Positions 19,696-29,365 of a stretch of DNA of 64,000 bases are shown here, one piece after another; position 1 is the first letter of the stretch, and each line of letters begins with the position of its first letter. The position numbers were made by a program, and so were the translations under genes. Source of the DNA: Bacillus subtilis subsp. subtilis str. 168 (GTDB lineage: Bacteria > Bacillota > Bacilli > Bacillales > Bacillaceae); NCBI RefSeq assembly GCF_000009045.1, contig NC_000964.3:248001-312000 (forward strand), in the 5' to 3' direction. The notes beneath the pieces were generated by a model that searched no databases, was not told the origin of the DNA, and saw nothing but the letters and a program-made list of their open reading frames with translations.

Positions 19696-19761
19696 GCTGC
19701 GCAGAATCCCGGCCGGACAGTGATTTACCGCTTTTTTATAAAATATCAGAAAATAAAGATA

Positions 19762-19790
19762 TTGACTTATTGTTTATTTGTCTTACAATT
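19762..19790 (+). promoter_or_regulatory. SigA promoter of the ycbC operon with overlapping FadR-type operator
   Basis: TTGACT-N16-TACAAT; TTTGTCTTACAATT at 19777-19790 recurs exactly at 25199-25212. Confidence 0.65.
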
Positions 19791-19820
19791 AAACAAAAGG
19801 ATATATGGGAAGGAGCGGAT

Positions 19821-19874
19821 GTGAAAGAAAAATTAATAAAAGCGCTTACAGATAGAGGCCGTATACACAAATAA
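19821..19874 (+). CDS. Putative 17-aa upstream ORF MKEKLIKALTDRGRIHK
   Basis: SD GGAAGGAG 5 nt before GTG; the stop codon abuts the ycbC SD; a cre-like TAAAAGCGCTTACA (19837-19850) lies inside. Confidence 0.35.
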   Translation: MKEKLIKALTDRGRIHK

Positions 19875-19889
19875 CAGGAGGTTATGTTG

Positions 19890-20816
19890 ATGAGCCGTAT
19901 CAGAAAAGCACCCGCTGGAATTTTAGGTTTTCCGGTTGCTCCTTTTAACACACAAGGAAAACTGGAGGAAGAAGCTCTTTTTCAAAACATTGAGTTTTTG
20001 CTGAATGAGGGCTTGGAAGCGATATTTATCGCTTGCGGGTCTGGTGAATTCCAATCTCTCAGCCAGAAGGAATATGAGCAAATGGTGGAAGTCGCAGTCT
20101 CGGCAGCCGGAGGAAAGGTGCCGGTCTACACGGGGGTGGGCGGCAACCTCAGCACAGCGCTTGATTGGGCGCAGCTGTCGGAGAAAAAAGGCGCCGACGG
20201 CTACTTGATTCTGCCTCCGTATTTGGTGCATGGCGAACAGGAGGGGCTGTACCAGTATGCGAAAACGATTATTGAAAGCACTGACTTGAACGCGATTCTT
20301 TATCAGCGCGATAACGCAGTTCTCTCTGTTGAACAGATCAAACGTCTGACCGAATGTGAACAGCTTGTCGGTGTCAAAGACGGGGTAGGAAATATGGATT
20401 TGAATATCAATCTCGTCTATACGATCGGCGACCGCTTGGGATGGCTCAACGGAATGCCGATGGCTGAAGTGACGATGCCGGCTTATCTGCCGATCGGGTT
20501 CCACTCTTACTCTTCAGCGATTTCAAATTATATCCCGCATATTTCGCGAATGTTCTATGATGCATTGAAAAACGGAAATGACGAGCTTGTGAAGGAACTC
20601 TATCGGCATGTGATTCTGCCGATCAACGACATTCGCAAACAACGAAAAGGCTACGCCGTATCCTTGATTAAAGCCGGTATGGAAATCATGGGTTTGAATG
20701 TAAGGAATACAGCCAGACCGCCTGTCGGCCCGGTTGAAAAAGATCATTATCAGCAATTGGAAGCAATTTTGAAGCAGGCGGCTGACCGTTTTCCGAAAAA
20801 AGCCGCGACGGTTTGA
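19890..20816 (+). CDS. ycbC: 5-dehydro-4-deoxyglucarate dehydratase (DapA family)
   Basis: [21 protein letters not shown] Schiff-base Lys; SD AGGAGG 8 nt before ATG 19890. Confidence 0.93.
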   Translation: MSRIRKAPAGILGFPVAPFNTQGKLEEEALFQNIEFLLNEGLEAIFIACGSGEFQSLSQKEYEQMVEVAVSAAGGKVPVYTGVGGNLSTALDWAQLSEKKGADGYLILPPYLVHGEQEGLYQYAKTIIESTDLNAILYQRDNAVLSVEQIKRLTECEQLVGVKDGVGNMDLNINLVYTIGDRLGWLNGMPMAEVTMPAYLPIGFHSYSSAISNYIPHISRMFYDALKNGNDELVKELYRHVILPINDIRKQRKGYAVSLIKAGMEIMGLNVRNTARPPVGPVEKDHYQQLEAILKQAADRFPKKAATV

Positions 20817-20845
20817 CCAGAAAAAACACGAAAGGGGCAATGGGC

Positions 20846-22312
20846 ATGTCTGTGATCACGGAACAAAACACGTACCTCAACTTTATTAACGGAGAGTGGG
20901 TTAAGTCTCAATCAGGCGATATGGTCAAAGTCGAAAACCCTGCCGATGTGAATGATATTGTCGGATATGTACAGAATTCAACGGCTGAAGATGTGGAACG
21001 TGCCGTCACCGCCGCCAATGAAGCCAAAACGGCTTGGAGAAAGCTGACGGGTGCCGAGCGCGGCCAATACTTATACAAAACAGCGGATATCATGGAGCAG
21101 CGCTTGGAGGAAATCGCCGCCTGTGCAACGCGTGAAATGGGTAAAACATTGCCGGAAGCGAAGGGAGAAACAGCCCGGGGGATTGCCATTCTGCGCTATT
21201 ACGCCGGAGAGGGCATGCGAAAAACGGGTGACGTCATTCCGTCTACTGACAAAGACGCGCTCATGTTTACCACCCGTGTTCCGCTCGGTGTGGTCGGTGT
21301 GATTTCTCCGTGGAACTTCCCAGTGGCGATTCCGATTTGGAAAATGGCGCCGGCATTGGTATACGGCAATACCGTTGTCATCAAACCGGCGACAGAAACA
21401 GCTGTGACATGCGCGAAGATCATTGCCTGCTTTGAGGAAGCGGGGCTCCCGGCAGGGGTCATCAATTTGGTGACAGGCCCGGGTTCTGTTGTCGGGCAGG
21501 GGCTTGCTGAGCATGACGGTGTAAACGCCGTTACGTTTACCGGTTCAAATCAAGTCGGAAAAATCATCGGGCAAGCCGCTTTAGCGAGGGGAGCCAAATA
21601 TCAGCTTGAGATGGGCGGCAAAAACCCTGTCATCGTAGCTGATGACGCTGACCTTGAAGCTGCGGCAGAAGCTGTCATAACGGGGGCCTTCCGTTCAACC
21701 GGCCAGAAATGCACCGCGACAAGCCGTGTCATCGTACAAAGCGGAATTTACGAGCGCTTTAAAGAAAAACTGCTCCAGCGCACAAAAGATATTACAATCG
21801 GAGACAGCTTAAAAGAGGATGTCTGGATGGGACCGATAGCCAGCAAGAATCAGCTTGATAACTGCCTGTCATACATTGAGAAAGGCAAACAGGAGGGCGC
21901 TTCCCTTTTAATAGGAGGAGAAAAGCTGGAGAACGGAAAGTATCAAAACGGCTATTATGTTCAGCCTGCCATCTTTGACAATGTGACATCTGAGATGACA
22001 ATTGCCCAGGAGGAAATTTTCGGTCCGGTGATCGCCTTGATCAAGGTGGACTCGATAGAGGAGGCGCTGAACATCGCCAATGATGTGAAGTTCGGTTTAA
22101 GTGCATCCATCTTCACGGAAAACATCGGCCGAATGCTTTCTTTCATTGATGAAATCGATGCCGGGCTGGTTCGGATCAATGCAGAAAGCGCAGGTGTTGA
22201 GCTGCAGGCGCCTTTTGGCGGCATGAAGCAGTCGAGCTCCCACTCCCGAGAACAGGGTGAGGCAGCGAAGGACTTTTTCACAGCGATCAAAACTGTTTTT
22301 GTGAAGCCGTAA
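20846..22312 (+). CDS. gucD: Alpha-ketoglutaric semialdehyde dehydrogenase (YcbD)
   Basis: ISPWNFP, FTGS, LEMGGKN, GQKCTA, EEIFGPV; located in the glucarate operon. Confidence 0.92.
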   Translation: MSVITEQNTYLNFINGEWVKSQSGDMVKVENPADVNDIVGYVQNSTAEDVERAVTAANEAKTAWRKLTGAERGQYLYKTADIMEQRLEEIAACATREMGKTLPEAKGETARGIAILRYYAGEGMRKTGDVIPSTDKDALMFTTRVPLGVVGVISPWNFPVAIPIWKMAPALVYGNTVVIKPATETAVTCAKIIACFEEAGLPAGVINLVTGPGSVVGQGLAEHDGVNAVTFTGSNQVGKIIGQAALARGAKYQLEMGGKNPVIVADDADLEAAAEAVITGAFRSTGQKCTATSRVIVQSGIYERFKEKLLQRTKDITIGDSLKEDVWMGPIASKNQLDNCLSYIEKGKQEGASLLIGGEKLENGKYQNGYYVQPAIFDNVTSEMTIAQEEIFGPVIALIKVDSIEEALNIANDVKFGLSASIFTENIGRMLSFIDEIDAGLVRINAESAGVELQAPFGGMKQSSSHSREQGEAAKDFFTAIKTVFVKP

Positions 22313-22395
22313 TGGTGCTGGAAAGAGGCGTGCGTCTCTTTCCCGGTTTATCACAACCAGCATATGATTCTCTACTTTGAAAAGGAGAAGATACT

Positions 22396-23763
22396 ATGAA
22401 AAAAGACTTTGCGAGTGTTACTCCGGCGGGCAAAAAAACGTCCGTGCGCTGGTTCATCGTGTTTATGCTGTTTCTTGTGACCTCTATTAACTACGCGGAT
22501 CGAGCGACGCTTTCCATCACCGGAGATTCCGTCCAGCACGATTTGGGATTGGACTCGGTCGCCATGGGATATGTCTTTTCTGCCTTTGGCTGGGCCTATG
22601 TCATCGGACAGCTTCCGGGCGGCTGGCTGCTGGACCGTTTTGGTTCAAAGACTATCATTGCGTTAAGCATCTTTTTCTGGTCGTTTTTTACGTTGCTGCA
22701 AGGGGCGATTGGCTTTTTCTCCGCCGGCACAGCGATTATCCTGCTGTTTGCACTGCGTTTTCTGGTTGGTTTATCAGAAGCGCCTTCATTTCCCGGAAAC
22801 GGCAGAGTTGTTGCCTCATGGTTTCCAAGCTCCGAGCGCGGGACAGCTTCAGCCTTTTTTAATTCAGCACAATACTTCGCAATCGTCATTTTTTCTCCTT
22901 TAATGGGCTGGCTTACCCACTCTTTCGGCTGGCATTCCGTTTTCGTTGTCATGGGTATTGCAGGCATTCTTCTGGCTGTCATCTGGCTAAAAACGGTGTA
23001 TGAACCGAAAAAACATCCGAAGGTTAATGAAGCTGAGCTTGCGTACATCGAACAGGGCGGCGGGCTGATTTCCATGGATGACAGTAAAAGCAAACAAGAA
23101 ACAGAATCGAAATGGCCGTATATCAAACAGCTGTTAACGAACCGCATGCTGATTGGCGTGTACATCGCGCAATACTGTATTACGACTCTCACCTATTTCT
23201 TTCTCACATGGTTTCCGGTATATTTGGTTCAGGCCCGCGGCATGTCTATTCTTGAAGCTGGGTTTGTCGCTTCCCTGCCGGCGCTGTGCGGATTTGCCGG
23301 CGGCGTGCTTGGGGGCATTGTGTCAGACATCTTACTCAAAAAAGGCCGTTCACTGACCTTTGCAAGAAAAGTGCCAATCATTGCCGGCATGCTGCTGTCT
23401 TGCAGTATGATTGTCTGTAACTACACAGATTCAGCATGGCTCGTCGTTGTCATTATGTCGCTCGCGTTTTTCGGAAAAGGCTTCGGCGCATTGGGTTGGG
23501 CTGTCGTGTCGGACACGTCTCCGAAAGAATGTGCAGGATTAAGCGGCGGTTTGTTCAACACTTTCGGGAATATTGCCTCAATTACAACACCGATTATTAT
23601 CGGATACATTGTCAATGCCACTGGATCTTTCAATGGCGCGCTTGTGTTTGTCGGCGCTAACGCGATTGCGGCGATCCTCAGCTATTTGCTGCTGGTCGGG
23701 CCGATCAAACGGGTCGTGTTAAAGAAACAAGAACAAGACCCCGATCAATCGTTGCCTGTCTAA
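22396..23763 (+). CDS. gudP: Glucarate transporter (MFS, ACS family)
   Basis: INYADRATLS, GGWLLDRFG, EAPSFP. Confidence 0.93.
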   Translation: MKKDFASVTPAGKKTSVRWFIVFMLFLVTSINYADRATLSITGDSVQHDLGLDSVAMGYVFSAFGWAYVIGQLPGGWLLDRFGSKTIIALSIFFWSFFTLLQGAIGFFSAGTAIILLFALRFLVGLSEAPSFPGNGRVVASWFPSSERGTASAFFNSAQYFAIVIFSPLMGWLTHSFGWHSVFVVMGIAGILLAVIWLKTVYEPKKHPKVNEAELAYIEQGGGLISMDDSKSKQETESKWPYIKQLLTNRMLIGVYIAQYCITTLTYFFLTWFPVYLVQARGMSILEAGFVASLPALCGFAGGVLGGIVSDILLKKGRSLTFARKVPIIAGMLLSCSMIVCNYTDSAWLVVVIMSLAFFGKGFGALGWAVVSDTSPKECAGLSGGLFNTFGNIASITTPIIIGYIVNATGSFNGALVFVGANAIAAILSYLLLVGPIKRVVLKKQEQDPDQSLPV

Positions 23764-23799
23764 TATTTATGAAAGCGCTTTATAAAGGGAGGAAAATGC

Positions 23800-25167
23800 A
23801 TGAGTTCACCGATACAAGAGCAGGTTCAAAAAGAAAAAAGATCGAATATTCCCTCAATTTCTGAAATGAAGGTGATTCCTGTTGCGGGACATGACAGCAT
23901 GCTGCTGAATCTAAGCGGAGCACACAGCCCGTTTTTTACCCGGAATATCGTAATCTTAACAGACAGCAGCGGAAATCAGGGAGTCGGCGAGGTGCCTGGC
24001 GGAGAGCATATTCGCCGCACACTGGAGCTGTCAGAGCCGCTTGTTGTCGGAAAATCTATCGGTGCGTACCAGGCGATATTGCAAACGGTCAGAAAGCAGT
24101 TTGGCGATCAGGACAGGGGAGGGCGAGGAAACCAGACGTTTGATTTGCGCACCACTGTGCACGCCGTCACCGCACTGGAAGCGGCTTTGTTGGATTTGCT
24201 TGGAAAGTTTCTTCAGGAACCGGTCGCGGCTTTGCTGGGCGAAGGGAAGCAGCGTGATGAAGTAAAAATGCTCGGTTACCTCTTTTACATCGGCGACCGA
24301 AATCGGACGACCTTGCCGTATCAAAGCGATGAGCAGTCAGATTGTGCGTGGTTCCGTCTGCGCCATGAGGAAGCGCTGACGCCGGAGGCCATTGTGCGTC
24401 TTGCCGAATCCGCACAGGAGCGCTATGGCTTTCAGGATTTCAAATTGAAAGGCGGGGTGCTGCGGGGAGAAGAGGAAATCGAAGCTGTTACCGCATTATC
24501 GAAACGTTTTCCAGAGGCAAGGATCACTCTTGATCCGAACGGGGCATGGTCATTAGAGGAAGCTATTGCATTATGCAAAGGAAAGCAAGATGTGCTCGCG
24601 TATGCGGAAGATCCATGCGGGGATGAGAATGGCTACTCCGCTCGTGAAGTAATGGCTGAATTCCGCCGCGCGACAGGGCTTCCGACTGCGACAAATATGA
24701 TTGCGACTGACTGGCGGGAAATGGGTCACGCGATTCAGCTCCACGCGGTCGATATACCGCTGGCTGATCCGCATTTTTGGACGATGCAAGGGTCGGTGCG
24801 GGTTGCGCAAATGTGCCATGATTGGGGTTTGACATGGGGCTCGCACTCCAACAACCACTTTGATATTTCCCTTGCGATGTTTACCCATGTGGCAGCAGCG
24901 GCTCCGGGGCGGATCACGGCGATTGATACCCATTGGATCTGGCAGGACGGGCAGCGATTAACGAAACAGCCTTTTGAGATTTCTTCTGGCTGTGTCAAGG
25001 TGCCGGATAAGCCTGGACTAGGCGTCGATATTGATATGGAACAAGTGGAAAAAGCGCATGAGATCTATCGGAAAATGAATTTAGGCGCACGGAATGATGC
25101 GATCCCAATGCAGTTCCTGATCAGCAACTGGGAATTTGACCGGAAGCGCCCGTGTCTTGTGCGATAA
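23800..25167 (+). CDS. gudD: Glucarate dehydratase (enolase superfamily)
   Basis: [49 protein letters not shown]. Confidence 0.95.
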   Translation: MSSPIQEQVQKEKRSNIPSISEMKVIPVAGHDSMLLNLSGAHSPFFTRNIVILTDSSGNQGVGEVPGGEHIRRTLELSEPLVVGKSIGAYQAILQTVRKQFGDQDRGGRGNQTFDLRTTVHAVTALEAALLDLLGKFLQEPVAALLGEGKQRDEVKMLGYLFYIGDRNRTTLPYQSDEQSDCAWFRLRHEEALTPEAIVRLAESAQERYGFQDFKLKGGVLRGEEEIEAVTALSKRFPEARITLDPNGAWSLEEAIALCKGKQDVLAYAEDPCGDENGYSAREVMAEFRRATGLPTATNMIATDWREMGHAIQLHAVDIPLADPHFWTMQGSVRVAQMCHDWGLTWGSHSNNHFDISLAMFTHVAAAAPGRITAIDTHWIWQDGQRLTKQPFEISSGCVKVPDKPGLGVDIDMEQVEKAHEIYRKMNLGARNDAIPMQFLISNWEFDRKRPCLVR

Positions 25168-25182
25168 GTTTGATTGTAAATA

Positions 25183-25212
25183 TTGTCATATCCGCTATTT
25201 TGTCTTACAATT
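25183..25212 (+). promoter_or_regulatory. SigA promoter of ycbG with second copy of the operator
   Basis: TTGTCA-N17-TACAAT; TTTGTCTTACAATT at 25199-25212. Confidence 0.65.
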
Positions 25213-25236
25213 GAACAACTGAAGGGAGAGTTGTTC

Positions 25237-25938
25237 GTGTACGAAGGTTTAGAGGATTTGAAAGTCGATACAGTCAATCGGAAAACATTAGCCAAGCAGG
25301 TCATCGAACGGATTGTCCATTTATTATCGAGCGGACAGTTGAGGGCCGGAGACAAATTGCCGACAGAAATGGAACTGATGGACATTTTGCATGTCAGCAG
25401 GCCGGTGCTACGGGAAGCACTCAGTTCACTTGAAACGCTGGGCGTCATTACGAGAAAAACACGAGGGGGCACATATTTCAACGATAAAATCGGCATGCAG
25501 CCATTTTCCGTCATGCTTGCTTTGGCCACTGATAATCTTCCGGCTATCATTGAAGCGCGGATGGCGCTAGAACTCGGGCTCGTGACAATTGCCGCGGAAA
25601 AAATCAATGAGGAAGAGCTTCAGCGTTTGCAGAAGACGATCGACGATATTGCCAACAGCACTGACAATCATTATGGTGAAGCGGATAAAGAGTTCCATCG
25701 AATTATTGCGTTAAGCGCCAATAACCCCGTCGTTGAAGGGATGATTCAGTCCCTGCTGATCACCCATGCGAAAATTGACAGCCAAATTCCGTACAGGGAG
25801 AGAGATGTAACGGTCGAATATCACAAAAAAATCTACGACGCCCTTGCCAAAAGAGATCCGTACAAAGCACATTACCACATGTATGAGCATCTGAAATTTG
25901 TCCGTGACAAAATTCTAAAAGGAATGGATGAAAAATAA
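25237..25938 (+). CDS. ycbG: GntR/FadR-family regulator of glucarate/galactarate genes
   Basis: LPTEMEL...VSRPVLREAL wHTH plus FCD domain; GTG start after GGGAG. Confidence 0.9.
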   Translation: MYEGLEDLKVDTVNRKTLAKQVIERIVHLLSSGQLRAGDKLPTEMELMDILHVSRPVLREALSSLETLGVITRKTRGGTYFNDKIGMQPFSVMLALATDNLPAIIEARMALELGLVTIAAEKINEEELQRLQKTIDDIANSTDNHYGEADKEFHRIIALSANNPVVEGMIQSLLITHAKIDSQIPYRERDVTVEYHKKIYDALAKRDPYKAHYHMYEHLKFVRDKILKGMDEK

Positions 25939-25946
25939 TGGTGAGC

Positions 25947-25981
25947 AACCGCAGTTGAAACGTAAGAGCTGCGGTTTTTTT
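25947..25981 (+). terminator. Terminator-like hairpin between ycbG and garD
   Basis: AACCGCAGT/GCTGCGGTT stem plus T-tract. Confidence 0.65.
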
Positions 25982-26028
25982 AAACCAATTTAGAAAACGC
26001 TTACTAAAATATGAGGAGTGATTTTCAT

Positions 26029-27561
26029 ATGGCGATGAACCTCAGGAAGAACCAAGCCCCCCTTTACATCAAAGTGCATGAAATAGATAACACCGCGATT
26101 ATTGTAAATGATGGAGGGCTGCCAAAGGGCACTGTTTTCTCATGCGGGCTCGTACTTGAAGAGGATGTTCCTCAAGGCCATAAGGTGGCCCTCACCGATC
26201 TCAATCAAGGGGACGAGATCGTGCGTTACGGAGAGGTGATCGGATTTGCTGATGAGACGATCAAACGCGGGAGCTGGATACGGGAAGCCCTCGTGAGAAT
26301 GCCCGCTCCTCCGGCGTTAGACGATCTTCCTCTCGCAAACAGGGTGCCGCAGCCGCGGCCCCCACTTGAAGGATATACATTTGAAGGATACCGAAATGCG
26401 GATGGCAGTGCGGGGACAAAAAATATCCTCGGCATCACGACAAGTGTTCAATGTGTTGTTGGCGTTTTGGATTATGCAGTCAAACGAATAAAAGAAGAGC
26501 TGCTGCCGAAATACCCAAATGTCGATGACGTTGTGCCGCTGCATCATCAATACGGATGCGGCGTGGCGATCAATGCGCCCGACGCTGTCATTCCGATCCG
26601 CACGATTCAAAATCTTGCGAAGCATCCGAACTTCGGCGGTGAAGTAATGGTAATCGGATTGGGATGTGAAAAGCTCCTCCCGGAAAGAATTGCCTCCGAA
26701 AATGATGATGACATTCTATCGCTCCAGGATCACCGAGGTTTTGCGGCGATGATCCAATCCATTTTGGAAATGGCGGAGGAACGGTTAATCAGGCTGAACA
26801 GCAGAACCCGGGTGTCATGCCCTGTTTCGGATCTGGTTATCGGCCTGCAATGCGGCGGCAGTGATGCGTTTTCCGGCGTGACGGCGAACCCTGCCGTGGG
26901 GTATGCGGCTGATTTATTGGTTCGCGCAGGTGCAACGGTTTTGTTTTCTGAAGTGACAGAGGTGCGGGATGCCATTCATTTATTAACGCCGCGGGCTGTC
27001 AGTGAAGAGGTCGGACAATCGCTGATCAAAGAGATGAAGTGGTATGACAGCTATCTTCGGCGGGGAGACGCAGACCGTAGCGCAAACCCGTCACCAGGCA
27101 ATAAAAAAGGCGGATTATCCAATGTGGTGGAAAAAGCGTTAGGTTCGGTAGCGAAATCAGGCACAAGCCCCATCTCCGGCGTGCTCGGCCCTGGTGAAAG
27201 AGCAAAGCAAAAAGGCCTGCTGTTCGCGGCGACACCGGCAAGCGATTTTGTGTGCGGCACCCTGCAGCTGGCTGCGGGCATGAATTTGCAGGTGTTTACG
27301 ACAGGGAGAGGAACACCATATGGCCTGGCTGCTGCGCCGGTTCTGAAAGTATCGACGCGGCATTCCTTATCAGAGCATTGGGCTGATTTAATCGATATCA
27401 ATGCCGGCCGAATCGCGACAGGAGAGGCCAGTATCGAAGACGTAGGCTGGGAAATCTTCAGGACGATTTTGGATGTGGCAAGCGGCCGCAAACAAACGTG
27501 GGCAGACCGTTGGGGTCTTCATAATGATTTGTGCTTGTTTAATCCTGCTCCAGTGACTTGA
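26029..27561 (+). CDS. garD: Galactarate dehydratase (UxaA family)
   Basis: SAF domain [30 protein letters not shown]. Confidence 0.95.
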
Positions 27562-27637
27562 TTCATGTTTTTATAGCGGAAAGATGGAATATGCTGTAAA
27601 ATGAAAATCAGCGTATAGGAAACGGAGGGGTTACAGC

Positions 27638-27676
27638 ATGGCATTCATTAGATTCCGAGTGACACGAATTCAATAG
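27638..27676 (+). CDS. Putative macrolide-sensing leader peptide MAFIRFRVTRIQ
   Basis: SD GGAGGGG 7 nt before ATG; R-F-R motif; lies upstream of a macrolide kinase. Confidence 0.7.
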   Translation: MAFIRFRVTRIQ

Positions 27677-27754
27677 TGAACAACTCTCGCCTGAATGCGA
27701 GAGAATCGGGATGAATCCGCCTATGTATGAGCCCTTATATGGTTATCAAAAAAG

Positions 27755-27778
27755 AGGGTGGCGTGCCTGCCCTTTTTT
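27755..27778 (+). terminator. Attenuator terminator in the mphK leader
   Basis: AGGGTGG/CTGCCCT stem (extendable by A6/T6 pairing) followed by T6, about 60 nt before the start codon. Confidence 0.6.
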
Positions 27779-27837
27779 GTGCCTTCAAGCATCCCTTCTC
27801 TCTACTGCAGGCCGGAGCATGAGAAAGGGGAAATGGG

Positions 27838-28758
27838 ATGACAAACCTTAACGAAAAACAGCTTATCACTGAGATTGTCGGGCTTGCACGCAGCCAAGGT
27901 TTGACGGTTCATTCTGAGAACGCGCAATTGAATGAAACCGGAATGGACTTTCAAGTTGTATTTGCCAAGGACGACACAGGTATGCCATGGGTGCTGCGAA
28001 AACCGCGGCGAAGTGATGTTGTGGAAAGAGCATCTGCAGAAGGCATAACGCTTGCCTTTCTCCGCGCGAATCTGACTGCTGATGTGCCGGATTGGAGAAT
28101 TCATACACCGGAATTGATCGCTTACCCCATGTTAAAAGGAACGCCGGCTGCTGGAATTGACTTGGAACAAAAGCAATATGTATGGAATATGGATCATCAG
28201 CCGCCGTCAGACGACTTTGTCCGCACACTTGCCGACATACTGGCTGAATTACATGGCACGGATCAAATATCTGCTGGGCAATCCGGAATAGAAGTGATAA
28301 GGCCAGAAGATTTCAGGCAAATGACAGCAGACTCTATGGTTGATGTGAAGAATAAGCTTGGCGTATCTACGACGCTTTGGGAAAGATGGCAAAAGTGGGT
28401 AGATGATGATGCATACTGGCCGGGTTTCTCTTCTTTGATACACGGCGATCTCCACCCGCCGCATATCCTTATCGATCAAAATGGACGTGTCACAGGACTT
28501 CTGGATTGGACAGAAGCGAAGGTTGCTGACCCAGCCAAGGATTTTGTTCTTTATCAAACCATTTTCGGAGAAAAAGAAACTGCCCGTTTGCTTGAATACT
28601 ATGATCAAGCAGGCGGCCGAATATGGGCAAAAATGCAGGAACACATCTCAGAGATGCAGGCGGCGTATCCGGTGGAAATCGCCAAGCTAGCTCTGCAAAC
28701 ACAGCAGGAGGAACACATCAATATGGCGCTGGAAGCACTTGGTGTAACATCGGATTAA
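27838..28758 (+). CDS. mphK: Macrolide 2'-phosphotransferase (APH/Mph family, YcbJ)
   Basis: NETGMDFQV, WVLRKPRR, HGDLHPPH, GLLDWTEA motifs typical of Mph kinases. Confidence 0.9.
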   Translation: MTNLNEKQLITEIVGLARSQGLTVHSENAQLNETGMDFQVVFAKDDTGMPWVLRKPRRSDVVERASAEGITLAFLRANLTADVPDWRIHTPELIAYPMLKGTPAAGIDLEQKQYVWNMDHQPPSDDFVRTLADILAELHGTDQISAGQSGIEVIRPEDFRQMTADSMVDVKNKLGVSTTLWERWQKWVDDDAYWPGFSSLIHGDLHPPHILIDQNGRVTGLLDWTEAKVADPAKDFVLYQTIFGEKETARLLEYYDQAGGRIWAKMQEHISEMQAAYPVEIAKLALQTQQEEHINMALEALGVTSD

Positions 28759-28761
28759 GAA

Positions 28762-28790
28762 TTGACTTCGTTTCATGAACCGAGTATTAT
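28762..28790 (+). promoter_or_regulatory. SigA promoter of rtpA-ycbK
   Basis: TTGACT-N17-TATTAT. Confidence 0.8.
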
Positions 28791-28796
28791 AAACTC

Positions 28797-29080
28797 TACA
28801 AATAATAGAACGGATTAACAATCGTGAGGAAGAGCAAGTACGCATCAGAATGGAGGTTCAGAGAGTCGGTGGCAGGTGTGAACCGATCCTCCCCTGATGC
28901 CGAATGGGCTTCTGAATTGCTTTGCTGAACGGATAGTAGGCGATGCCGGGTTTCTCTCCCCGTTACCAAGAGAGGAGTATCGAAACATAGGTTTTCTGTA
29001 CTTAGAGTGAACGGCTGTATAGCTGTTAATAAAGGTGGTACCGCGAGACCCTCGTCCTTTGCATAGGACGGGGGTTTTTT
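28797..29080 (+). ncRNA. tRNA-Trp T-box riboswitch leader
   Basis: T-box AAAGGTGGTACCGCG at 29031-29045; terminator ACCCTCGTCCT/AGGACGGGGGT-T5 at 29048-29080; specifier UGG at 28905-28907. Confidence 0.92.
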
Positions 29081-29106
29081 GTGTTTCTTAAAGGAGGTGA
29101 CGGCCA

Positions 29107-29139
29107 ATGTACGATGGCTGGTGGTGGCATAGCAGATGA
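29107..29139 (+). CDS. rtpLP: Trp-rich leader peptide MYDGWWWHSR
   Basis: SD AAAGGAGGTGA; three tandem TGG codons. Confidence 0.92.
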   Translation: MYDGWWWHSR

Positions 29140-29159
29140 GTTAGAAAGGAGGATATCAA

Positions 29160-29321
29160 ATGGTCATTGCAACTGATGATCTTGAGGTCGCATGTCCTAA
29201 ATGTGAAAGAGCGGGAGAAATCGAAGGAACACCTTGCCCGGCCTGCAGCGGAAAAGGTGTTATTCTGACTGCTCAAGGATATACGCTTCTCGATTTTATC
29301 CAAAAGCATTTGAATAAGTAA
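29160..29321 (+). CDS. rtpA: Anti-TRAP protein (53 aa)
   Basis: MVIATDDLEVACPKCERAGEIEGTPCPACSGKG with two CxxCxGxG-type zinc motifs; SD AAAGGAGG. Confidence 0.95.
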   Translation: MVIATDDLEVACPKCERAGEIEGTPCPACSGKGVILTAQGYTLLDFIQKHLNK

Positions 29322-29323
29322 AG

Positions 29324-29365
29324 GAGAAAAGCTGAGCTGAGATGAGAGCAGAAGAGCAGAGTAAG
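29324..29365 (+). promoter_or_regulatory. TRAP binding site overlapping the ycbK SD and start
   Basis: NAG triplets in 5-nt phase at 29324, 29329, 29334, 29339, 29344, 29349, 29354, 29359, plus AAG at 29363. Confidence 0.85.

Noticed and set aside
27711-27851. 46-codon ORF spanning the mphK leader
   Set aside because: Only a weak GAGAG SD, and it crosses the terminator; the RNA structure explains this sequence better
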